A stretch of 64,000 nucleotides of DNA from Escherichia phage BME3, in sequence record PP239276.1. The stretch is one strand, 5' to 3'. The notes under the pieces were generated by a model, which did not search any database, was not told the DNA's origin, and was given only the letters and a program-made list of their open reading frames with translations. Positions 36,876-45,028 of the stretch are shown here, in pieces (position 1 is the first letter of the stretch; every line of letters begins with the position of its first letter). A program made the position numbers and the translations under genes.

Positions 36876-37219
36876 TAGTGGCTAAAATTCTTTGGTTAGA
36901 CGATTTAAGAGATCCTAAAGATTATGGTTATGAGGATGCCATTTGGTTAAAATCTTTTGGGGATTGGTTATCTTTTGTTTCAGATGAAGATAATTTCAAT
37001 AATATCTCAGAGATACACTTCGATAATGATCTTGGAGAAGATCAGGAAGGATATCATGCATTCTTAGACGTAGAATGTATGTTGTATGCGGGTGAATGGG
37101 ATGCTCTTAAAACTATCTATGTCCATACATCAAACCCTTCTGCTGCTGGTAAATATATGTTAGCTAAGGAAAATTTTATTTCATCTTATGGTGTTGAAAT
37201 TAAGCGTGTTAACTATTAA
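36845..37219 (+). CDS. hypothetical protein with receiver-like motifs (start uncertain)
   Basis: KILWLDDLRDP and IHFDNDLGED resemble the paired acidic strands of CheY-like receiver folds; an alternative GTG start lies about 33 nt downstream. Confidence 0.3.
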   Translation: MERRETGRGLIVAKILWLDDLRDPKDYGYEDAIWLKSFGDWLSFVSDEDNFNNISEIHFDNDLGEDQEGYHAFLDVECMLYAGEWDALKTIYVHTSNPSAAGKYMLAKENFISSYGVEIKRVNY

Positions 37220-37377
37220 GTAGGTATTATGCATTACTCAGTTTGGTCAGAGCAAGAAGAGGATGAAGGGCGTTTTATCTATAAAGAGGAAGAAAACTGT
37301 AACGATACGAGTAATGATCTTTTACTTCCTGATTACAGTTTTTTCGCTGATAGATTAAAAGAGTACGGAGAAAATTG

Positions 37378-37737
37378 ATGTGCGCTACTAATCAACATGA
37401 TATTTGTTACCAACCTCTTACTTGGCTTGGTGAGGATCACTATGCTCAACGTGTTATAGTCTGCGCTGCGAATAAGTATATTCTCAATAATGGCGAAGAG
37501 TTAATTATTCCTTGTGTTAGGCATGCAAATCCTGTACTATCTGCACAACTTAATGTTTTAAAAGATGCAGGATTGATTGATAAACTGTTTTGCTTACCTG
37601 ATAATCAAGGGTTTATTGATCAGTATTATAACTGGTGGAGTCGCAAAGATGCTTATATCATTGCAGATAACGCCAAACAAATTAACTACGAAAGAAATGG
37701 TCACAACAGTGAACTATTCAGCGAGGGATTATACTAA
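37378..37737 (+). CDS. hypothetical protein
   Basis: About 119-aa ORF. Confidence 0.35.
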   Translation: MCATNQHDICYQPLTWLGEDHYAQRVIVCAANKYILNNGEELIIPCVRHANPVLSAQLNVLKDAGLIDKLFCLPDNQGFIDQYYNWWSRKDAYIIADNAKQINYERNGHNSELFSEGLY

Positions 37738-38288
37738 TGTTTATTACAAGTGATTTGCATTTTATGCACAAACGTATCCGAGAGTTTGCTCCTGAATATC
37801 GCCCGTGGGAAGATATGGAGCATATGACAGAAGCACTGATCGAAGCATGGAATAAATGTGCCACAACACCAGGAGTAAAGATGTACCATCTTGGGGACTT
37901 CTGTTTCGGGACTGAAGAAGATACCCGTAAGATTGCTTCCCGTCTCCAAGGAGATATTACTTACTGTGTTGGGAACCATGATTATAGTAAACACAGAAAA
38001 GTGCTTGCAGAGTATGGAGAAGTGGTTTATTATGACGAAGTGAAATATCAGAAGCTGTTCTTCGTCTTAAGTCATTACCCTATGGCTGCCTGGAATAAAC
38101 AAGGGCATGGATCAATCATGCTACACGGACACTCTCACGGATCATTCCCTGACCATTTGTATGGGAAGATGTTGGATGTTGGTTGGGATGCACACGGGAA
38201 AATCTTGCATTTTGACGAAATCATCTCTATTATGGATAAGCGTGATATTGTTGTTGTAGACCATCATAAGATAATCAAAGGAGATTAA
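37737..38288 (+). CDS. metallophosphoesterase (calcineurin-like; candidate RNA 3'-end phosphatase)
   Basis: 183-aa ORF with GDFCFG, GNHD and HGHSH motifs of the metallophosphoesterase fold. Confidence 0.6.
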   Translation: MFITSDLHFMHKRIREFAPEYRPWEDMEHMTEALIEAWNKCATTPGVKMYHLGDFCFGTEEDTRKIASRLQGDITYCVGNHDYSKHRKVLAEYGEVVYYDEVKYQKLFFVLSHYPMAAWNKQGHGSIMLHGHSHGSFPDHLYGKMLDVGWDAHGKILHFDEIISIMDKRDIVVVDHHKIIKGD

Positions 38289-38289
38289 G

Positions 38290-39222
38290 GTGGCTAAGTT
38301 CAATTGTGATGACCTGATTGCAAAAGGTTTAGTGCATAAAAAAGAAGTTAAATCTGGAGAGTATGCTGGTCTTGCTGTACTTAAATACAAAAACAATGTA
38401 TTCTGGGATAACTTGTGGAACGTTGACAAACGACTTTTAGATTGTCGTGGGTTGGTTGTTGATTCAGAAGACAATGTTGTTATTTGGCCTTTTACTAAAA
38501 TCTTTAATCGTTTTGAAAATGGTACAGATCTTCCAGCAGACGAAATTGTAGATGCTGTCCGTAAAGTAAACGGTTTTATGGCATCTGTAGGTGTGTACAA
38601 AGGGAAACTTGTTGTATCAACAACAGGGAGCCTAGAATCAGATTTCGCAATTATGGCAAAGAACCGTATTGTTTCCGAGTGTGACGACATAGAGTATTTC
38701 ATTAAGTGGACAGAAAGTGCAAAAGCAACTTTTCTTTTTGAAATCTGTGATCCTTCTGATCCACATATTGTCGAAGAAGAACCAGGCGCATACTTAATTG
38801 GAGCAAGAATTCAAAATCTTGATGGGACAAGTTTCATGTTACCTGAAGGTGTTCTTGATGGGATTGCATCTGTTACAAAATTTAAACGTCCTGAAGTTTA
38901 TCCGATGATTAAATTTTCAGATGTTGTTGAAATGTCTAAACATTGTAAACACGAAGGGTTTGTAGTTCGTGAAACAAACTACCCGTTTAACTTACTGTTA
39001 AAGATTAAGTCACCATACTATCTTGCTAAAAAATTCCTTATGCGTGGTGGCAATAAGAAGTGGGATATGATTTGGGACAACCCAAACAATGCTAAACAAA
39101 TTGTTGACGAAGAATATTATACTTTGCTAGAATGGCTTCGAAACAACTTTACGAAGGCTCAATGGGCTGCTCTCGATCCACAAGAGAGACGTAAAGAAAT
39201 AGAAAACTTCTTTGGAGGCTAA
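38290..39222 (+). CDS. RNA ligase, T4 Rnl1-like
   Basis: 310-aa ORF; DCRGLVVD and nucleotidyltransferase lysine motif KVNGF parallel T4 RnlA ECRGIMFE and KEDGSL. Confidence 0.5.
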   Translation: MAKFNCDDLIAKGLVHKKEVKSGEYAGLAVLKYKNNVFWDNLWNVDKRLLDCRGLVVDSEDNVVIWPFTKIFNRFENGTDLPADEIVDAVRKVNGFMASVGVYKGKLVVSTTGSLESDFAIMAKNRIVSECDDIEYFIKWTESAKATFLFEICDPSDPHIVEEEPGAYLIGARIQNLDGTSFMLPEGVLDGIASVTKFKRPEVYPMIKFSDVVEMSKHCKHEGFVVRETNYPFNLLLKIKSPYYLAKKFLMRGGNKKWDMIWDNPNNAKQIVDEEYYTLLEWLRNNFTKAQWAALDPQERRKEIENFFGG

Positions 39223-39627
39223 ATGAAACAACTTATCATTTTACGTGGTGTTTCAGGCGCAGGTAAATCTACAGTAGCAGAAATTATCTCTGAAAATCAT
39301 TGGCCTATTTGTGAGGCAGATCAATACCACTACACTGAAGATGGTGTGTATGAGTGGAAACAAGAGAATATCCATAAAGCACACCAATGGTGTCGTGTCA
39401 AAGTACAAAAATATATGCAGTATGGTGTTGAAAAGATTATTGTCTCTAACACTTCAACCACAGAGAAAGAACTTAAACCTTATTTAACTCTTGCTGAAGA
39501 GTTTGGTTATCAAGTTATCTCTTTAGTAGTTGAAAATAGGCACGGTAACGACTCAATTCATGAGGTTCCACAACATATTCGTGATCAGCAAGAGAAACGT
39601 CTTCGCAGTTCACTTAAACTACAATAA
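39223..39627 (+). CDS. P-loop kinase (polynucleotide 5'-kinase-like)
   Basis: 134-aa ORF with Walker A GVSGAGKST at the N-terminus, T4 Pnk kinase-domain-like. Confidence 0.5.
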   Translation: MKQLIILRGVSGAGKSTVAEIISENHWPICEADQYHYTEDGVYEWKQENIHKAHQWCRVKVQKYMQYGVEKIIVSNTSTTEKELKPYLTLAEEFGYQVISLVVENRHGNDSIHEVPQHIRDQQEKRLRSSLKLQ

Positions 39628-39636
39628 GGAGAGTGT

Positions 39637-39957
39637 ATGGAAATTTATTCTGGTGAAGGTAAGTATTTTACAGTAGTCGATAATGGTGAAATTATTATTT
39701 ATCGCTACGGAAGTGAGTGGAGGAACGAGACAGGAGACGGCTATATCTTATCTTTGCTCCGTTTGATTAATGATCTTACGGAAGAACTTGAAGAAACAAA
39801 ACGTTCATATGATGACCAAGTAGATTCATTAGAAAACATTATTTCAGATCTAAATGAAGAAGTTTGTTATTTGAGTGGACAAGTTTCAGAGTTAACACTG
39901 GAATGTGAAGATTTAGGTGATGTTATTGCAGATTTAAATGAACGTCTTAAGGATTAA
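39637..39957 (+). CDS. hypothetical coiled-coil protein
   Basis: 106-aa ORF with an acidic heptad-like C-terminal half. Confidence 0.35.
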   Translation: MEIYSGEGKYFTVVDNGEIIIYRYGSEWRNETGDGYILSLLRLINDLTEELEETKRSYDDQVDSLENIISDLNEEVCYLSGQVSELTLECEDLGDVIADLNERLKD

Positions 39958-39960
39958 TAT

Positions 39961-40185
39961 ATGAGTACAGCTATCTATGTTAAAGGTGTAAGCGAAGATC
40001 AACAAATGTTATTCTCATTTGGTGAGAATACTGAAATGGAAGATATGTTTAATGATATCCTTGATGCCCTTTCTTCTGAAGGGTTCACAATGATTACATA
40101 CTTTATGGCAACATCTTCTGAATATGTTGATACAGATCTTGAAGACTTGATGGAAGAAATTCAAACTCTTGTGTATAATTGGTAA
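39961..40185 (+). CDS. hypothetical acidic protein
   Basis: 74-aa ORF. Confidence 0.3.
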   Translation: MSTAIYVKGVSEDQQMLFSFGENTEMEDMFNDILDALSSEGFTMITYFMATSSEYVDTDLEDLMEEIQTLVYNW

Positions 40186-40382
40186 GGTTAACTATGACAT
40201 TTATTGAAGAACTAACGAGAATTGCAAACGCGCCTAACAGTAGTGAAGATCCTTACTTTATGGTGGATGATTACACTGGTGGTAATATTGATGATGCCTA
40301 TGAACTAGGCAGACTACACGGTGAAATTGAAATGGCTAAATGGGTTCTTTCGCAACTGGAGGTTAAAGATGAAACAAACTAA
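40179..40382 (+). CDS. hypothetical protein
   Basis: 67-aa ORF. Confidence 0.3.
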   Translation: MVRLTMTFIEELTRIANAPNSSEDPYFMVDDYTGGNIDDAYELGRLHGEIEMAKWVLSQLEVKDETN

Positions 40383-41484
40383 TCCTACATTGTATGGTAA
40401 AACTTCTACAGGTAAAATTAAACAGTGGTCAGTCTATACCGAAGGTAGTGTTGTAACTGTTGCTCATGGTCAATTAGGTGGAAAGATTACTAGCAAATCT
40501 TATACAGCAGAACCTAAAAATATTGGTCGCTCAAATGAAACAACAGCAGAAGAACAAGCTGAAATAGAAGCTCTTGCCAAATGGACAAAGCAACTTAAGA
40601 ATGGGTATTATAAAACAAAAGAGGAAGCTGAAAACCATGTTCCTTCTACACCCATGAAATGTCAGGATTATAAAGATTATGCTGATCGTGTTTTGTTCCC
40701 AGGTTATGCACAATATAAATTGAATGGTCTACGTTCAATGATTAACATGCAAGGTGAATGTTTATCTAAAGCTGGGGAGGTATATAAACTTCCACCTCAC
40801 TGGGAAGAAATTCCAACCTTCATTAAAGAAGTAGTTAGTCATCCTCTTGACGGTGAAGTTTTTGCTGGTTTGGGTGTCCTTAGCCTTCAACAAATTAATA
40901 GTGCGTGGAAAAAGCATAATGCTAACACTCCGCTTCTTAAATACTATGTATATGATGTTCCTGTGCCATCTGTACCATTTGAGAAGAGGGTTGAAGTTTT
41001 GGCTGCTCTAAAAGACGTTGTTGAAGATAAAGGTTTAGATGAACTTATTTGTGTAGTACATACAGAGTACATTGAAAACCAAGAGCAGTTTGATGAATTC
41101 TATGCAAAAGCTCTGCGTGAGAAAGCGGAAGGTGTTGTGTATCGTAATGCACAAGGTGTTTACGAGTTTGATAAACGTTCTTATGATGTTATTAAACGTA
41201 AACCACGGCAGACGCTGGAAGTTAAGGTGGTAAGTGCAAAACGTGATAAAAATGGTGACGGGGTATTGACAGGTGAGATGGAAAATGGTAAAGTAGTCGA
41301 ATTCCTGATGCGTAAGGATTCAGATGAAACCATTAACTATCGTAAAGAAGAAAATGCTTTGACACTTATTGGTCAATTTGTTGAAATAGAGTACGAAGAA
41401 TTTTCAGACGAAGGTATTCCTACCAAGCCTGTTGGGGTACGTGTACGTAAGATGATTCCAGGTACTTGGGAACCAGCAGAGTAA
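40369..41484 (+). CDS. ATP-dependent nucleic-acid ligase (DNA ligase or Rnl5-type RNA ligase)
   Basis: ATG after GGAGG RBS; covalent nucleotidyltransferase motifs KLNGLR, DGEVF, EGVVYRN and VIKRK in canonical order. Confidence 0.55.
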   Translation: MKQTNPTLYGKTSTGKIKQWSVYTEGSVVTVAHGQLGGKITSKSYTAEPKNIGRSNETTAEEQAEIEALAKWTKQLKNGYYKTKEEAENHVPSTPMKCQDYKDYADRVLFPGYAQYKLNGLRSMINMQGECLSKAGEVYKLPPHWEEIPTFIKEVVSHPLDGEVFAGLGVLSLQQINSAWKKHNANTPLLKYYVYDVPVPSVPFEKRVEVLAALKDVVEDKGLDELICVVHTEYIENQEQFDEFYAKALREKAEGVVYRNAQGVYEFDKRSYDVIKRKPRQTLEVKVVSAKRDKNGDGVLTGEMENGKVVEFLMRKDSDETINYRKEENALTLIGQFVEIEYEEFSDEGIPTKPVGVRVRKMIPGTWEPAE

Positions 41485-41672
41485 GAGGTAATATGGTATT
41501 AGTAACAGTTCTTATGATGTTAATTGCTATTGCAATTATAATGTTAGCCTCGTTTCCAGTGGATAAATGGTACTGCAATTTTTGTAGATTTGTTGTTTTC
41601 CTCTGTGCTGGGGCGTATATGGGCGAATCGGTAGTTCGCATTAGTGTTTTGTTAGAACAATATTTTAAATAA
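41466..41672 (+). CDS. small membrane protein with two transmembrane helices (holin-like candidate)
   Basis: 68-aa ORF with hydrophobic segments LVTVLMMLIAIAIIMLASF and FVVFLCAGAYMG. Confidence 0.3.
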   Translation: MGTSRVRGNMVLVTVLMMLIAIAIIMLASFPVDKWYCNFCRFVVFLCAGAYMGESVVRISVLLEQYFK

Positions 41673-41681
41673 GGAGAAACA

Positions 41682-42404
41682 ATGATCGAGAATTTTTTCA
41701 AACAAGTAAAAGTGGACAATAGCTTCTTTATCAAAGCTGCCGATCAAATTGTTGCTTGGAATGCTAAGGCACGCGGTGGAGTAACCCCAGAATTTACTCA
41801 AGAGATGTTTGAAGCTCAACTTTCTTTTGTACGAGAAGAACTTAAAGAGTTCCAAGCAGCAGCACAGGAAAATGATCACGTTGAATTACTTGATGCAGCA
41901 GCAGATATTTTTGTAGTAGCATCCTACCTGGCGTTTATGTTCTTTGGTAAAGAAGGTGTTGATAAAGCTCTGGAAATGCCGACAGGAGATGTTCTGGCAG
42001 AAAACATTTACGATGTTATCATCGAATTTGATAAAATGGTAGAAAATGACTTGCAATTTGCACTAATGTCTCTTACACTTACACGTATGGCACGAGATAC
42101 TTTGGTGCGTTCTGTTTATAACGAGAAGAAAGTTATGCGTGAAGTGTTGAATAGCAATGAGTCCAAGTATCCTACCAAAAAGCAACTCCTAGCTATTTGG
42201 GAAACTAAGGATATTATTGAAGCTCTTGAAAAAGAATGTGATGCTATCGAGATGCGAAGCAAAGATCGTGCAGAAGGTTCTTACACTGGAGTACATGCTG
42301 TATATAACGAAGTTCAAAAGGTGTACGTATTCTTTGATGACAAAGGTAAAATTATGAAACCATCTACCTTTGTTAAACCTAATATCGCAGCAATCATTGC
42401 TTAA
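41682..42404 (+). CDS. MazG-like nucleotide pyrophosphohydrolase domain protein
   Basis: 240-aa ORF; REELKEF...ENDHVELLDAAADIFVVASYLA matches the EExxE...E/DxxD helical motif of MazG-type NTP pyrophosphatases. Confidence 0.45.
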   Translation: MIENFFKQVKVDNSFFIKAADQIVAWNAKARGGVTPEFTQEMFEAQLSFVREELKEFQAAAQENDHVELLDAAADIFVVASYLAFMFFGKEGVDKALEMPTGDVLAENIYDVIIEFDKMVENDLQFALMSLTLTRMARDTLVRSVYNEKKVMREVLNSNESKYPTKKQLLAIWETKDIIEALEKECDAIEMRSKDRAEGSYTGVHAVYNEVQKVYVFFDDKGKIMKPSTFVKPNIAAIIA

Positions 42405-42410
42405 GAAATA

Positions 42411-42430
42411 AAGCCCCTTCGGGGGCTTAT
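42411..42430 (+). terminator. terminator-like hairpin after the MazG-like gene
   Basis: AGCCCC-ttcg-GGGGCT followed by TTATT; U-tract short. Confidence 0.3.
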
Positions 42431-42440
42431 TGGAGGTATT

Positions 42441-42719
42441 ATGTTAACAGCAGAAGATATCTTTAAACACGGTTTGCGTCAGGTAATCAAATCCTTGAAG
42501 AATGCAGGTATTGAAGATATCACACAGGAAATTGTTGGTTTAGAAAAAGAAGGTAAGAGAACAGAGTTTAAGTTTTACACAGAAGAACAGTGGTTGAGTA
42601 ATCCGCAAAATAAAGCTAATGAAGCTGTTAGTCTGTTTGGTAAATCTTATAAAGGATTTAAATATCCTGATCATATTGTCGAATATGATGGTGTAAAATA
42701 TTTTGTAGTTGTTATTTGA
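42441..42719 (+). CDS. hypothetical protein
   Basis: 92-aa ORF. Confidence 0.35.
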   Translation: MLTAEDIFKHGLRQVIKSLKNAGIEDITQEIVGLEKEGKRTEFKFYTEEQWLSNPQNKANEAVSLFGKSYKGFKYPDHIVEYDGVKYFVVVI

Positions 42720-42729
42720 GGAGAAAACT

Positions 42730-43614
42730 ATGTTTGCTAAAAATTTCAAATCTTGCGTAACCCTGATTTCTGGTGATGGTCTGTCTATTTCCGCACTGAA
42801 CACAGTAACAGATAAACCGCTGGATTTTGTTGTGGCACAGGGTCAACAAGCACATACCATTGGTCTTGTTCGTTTTGAAGATGATGGTTCCTATGTAAAA
42901 GTGTTCTCTGGTTTAGAGGTTATTAAAGTAGGGCAGTCTGTTAAGAAAGTTAACAAGAAGAAAGTTAAACGCATTCTTAATGAAAAACTCCAGGAGATGG
43001 AACAAGAGTTTATTGCTGCAAACCCTACTAAAGAATTCTTCCTGGACAAAGAAAGTAAAAAGGCAATTGAGGCTGATATCGTGTTTTCTCTGCTCCCAGA
43101 AACAGAGGCAGATGATTTCTATAACTATGTTGTTGTAGACACTGAAAACAGTATTACCTACGTTCTTAATGGTACTAAGAAAATTAGTGAAGATATTGCT
43201 GTGTTTCTTCGTGAGGTGTTGGGTACTTTCCCAGTCCTGCCGTTTAGTGTACACGAAGAAGCCATTATTAAAGGTTTTGATACCATCTTAGAAGAACATG
43301 AGGCTGAACGACTGACACTTGGTAATTATATTAAACTTGAAGATTCTGAAGGTGTGGTTGTATGGAGTAAAGAATCCCTTTATGAATCTCGTGCAGTAGA
43401 ACTTATGGAAGATGGTAAGCACGTTGTTGCCATTGGCCTGGAATATGACGGTTTCGTTAACTTTATTGTTGATAAAGAATTTAAGTTGAGTGGTATTAAA
43501 TTCCCTAAATACTTTAACGATGAAGAAGGATCTTTTGAAGCATCTGTTCTTCTGTGCTTTAATGAAATCCGTGGTATTATGCAAGACCTTATCAAGTCAA
43601 CTATTCAAAAATAA
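42730..43614 (+). CDS. hypothetical protein
   Basis: ATG (MFAKNFKS...) after GAGGAG RBS, about 294 aa. Confidence 0.4.
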   Translation: MFAKNFKSCVTLISGDGLSISALNTVTDKPLDFVVAQGQQAHTIGLVRFEDDGSYVKVFSGLEVIKVGQSVKKVNKKKVKRILNEKLQEMEQEFIAANPTKEFFLDKESKKAIEADIVFSLLPETEADDFYNYVVVDTENSITYVLNGTKKISEDIAVFLREVLGTFPVLPFSVHEEAIIKGFDTILEEHEAERLTLGNYIKLEDSEGVVVWSKESLYESRAVELMEDGKHVVAIGLEYDGFVNFIVDKEFKLSGIKFPKYFNDEEGSFEASVLLCFNEIRGIMQDLIKSTIQK

Positions 43615-43617
43615 TAC

Positions 43618-43647
43618 TTGACTTACTAATTTAATATGTGTTAATAT
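43618..43647 (+). promoter_or_regulatory. sigma70-like promoter with extended -10
   Basis: TTGACT, 18-nt spacer, TGtTAATAT; followed by a hairpin and the AAGGAGA RBS of the next gene. Confidence 0.45.
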
Positions 43648-43688
43648 GCCTACCTACTCAGTTAGGTGGGCTTTTAAGGAGACACACC

Positions 43689-43901
43689 ATGAAAAAACTT
43701 CTTGTCGGTTTACTTTTAGTAATCAGTTCTTATTCTTATGCTGGTCAAATAACTTTAATTAATTCTGGAGAACAAGTTTCTGGAAGTACAAAATACTGTT
43801 TTTACTCTAACGGTATGTACGACAAGGTTATAGAGGTTTCTGCAAGTCGTCAGTGTCCCTACACACGAACATTCTCAACAGAGAGTTCAGATGATGAATA
43901 G
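43689..43901 (+). CDS. small secreted protein with signal peptide
   Basis: MKKLLVGLLLVISSYSYAGQ... signal-peptide-like N-terminus; two Cys in the mature part. Confidence 0.45.
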   Translation: MKKLLVGLLLVISSYSYAGQITLINSGEQVSGSTKYCFYSNGMYDKVIEVSASRQCPYTRTFSTESSDDE

Positions 43902-43909
43902 GAGGTAAT

Positions 43910-45028
43910 ATTAGCGGTTACATTTTAATCCAACCGGAAGACCTGCACAAATATGTTGACGAGAACACAATTCTTGCAATAGACTACGATCAAGTGGCGT
44001 TCCAAGCGTCTTCAGCTTTAGAACAAAGAAAAATCCACGCTGTACACAAGGCTTCCGGTAATGTAAAAGAGTTTGAAACAAGAACAGATTTTTGGGGTAA
44101 ATCTTCAAAAAATATTGGAGGATGGTTAGGAGCACTTAACGCGCAACGCGAAGCTGCTGGTAAGAAGTTGTTCTCTAGAGAAGATTTTGAAATAAAAGAT
44201 GTTCAAATAGTCCCAGATAATATTTCTTTTACGTTTCAAGCTGCAAAGACAAAAATAACCCAGATGATGGATCACCTAAAACTTCAAAAGTATTGCGGTG
44301 TCATCGGGGTAGGAAAAACCTTCCGGCATTCTTTCAAAATGCCAAAAGAATATAAATCAGAACGATCAGATTTAAGACCAATCCATTTATCAGATACTAA
44401 AGATTATTTAGTTGAAAAACATAACGGTGACGTTGTTACTAGTATTGAGGCAGATGATGCTTTAGAAATCTATGGATATGCAGGGTATAAAGCCTACAAG
44501 GAAACTGGTAAGTTTTCTCATATTGTAGCATCTATCGACAAAGATAGCTTGCACACACCAAGTTTACTCTTTAACTTTTATAAAGAGGATGGTGTTTATA
44601 AAAATCCTTGTATTATTCTGATTGATGAATCTATCGGTGATATCTGGATCGTAGAAAAAGGTAAGAAAAAAGAAATTAAGGGTTGGGGTAGTTACTGGTT
44701 AGCTTATCAAATGCTAATGGGCGATAAGACAGATAGTATTCGACCTTACCAAGATTTCGATGTTAAGTTTGGAGATATTACTTGCTTTAATCTTATTTCC
44801 AAATGTAAAACACAGGCTGAACTTTTTCAGACAGTTAAAGATCAGTATTATGAATGGTTCCCAGATGGCGTTAAATTTACTTCTTGGGATGGTGAAGAAG
44901 TAGAAATGACAACTGATGAATGGATAGAGACAATTTTTCAGTTGGTATATATGAAACGTTGGGCGAATGATGAAACAACTTTTGAAAGTATGCTACAAGC
45001 GTATATTTCAGAGCAGGAGGAACATTGA
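43910..45028 (+). CDS. FEN-family 5'-3' exonuclease / RNase H (T4 RNase H-like); start codon uncertain
   Basis: TSIEADDALEIYGY and YQMLMGDKTDSI parallel T4 RNase H YEADDHIAVL and KILKGDKKDNV; conserved N-terminal ILAIDYDQVAF lies upstream of the first ATG/GTG, so initiation may be at a non-canonical codon after the GGAGG at about 43901. Confidence 0.5.
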   Translation: MSGYILIQPEDLHKYVDENTILAIDYDQVAFQASSALEQRKIHAVHKASGNVKEFETRTDFWGKSSKNIGGWLGALNAQREAAGKKLFSREDFEIKDVQIVPDNISFTFQAAKTKITQMMDHLKLQKYCGVIGVGKTFRHSFKMPKEYKSERSDLRPIHLSDTKDYLVEKHNGDVVTSIEADDALEIYGYAGYKAYKETGKFSHIVASIDKDSLHTPSLLFNFYKEDGVYKNPCIILIDESIGDIWIVEKGKKKEIKGWGSYWLAYQMLMGDKTDSIRPYQDFDVKFGDITCFNLISKCKTQAELFQTVKDQYYEWFPDGVKFTSWDGEEVEMTTDEWIETIFQLVYMKRWANDETTFESMLQAYISEQEEH

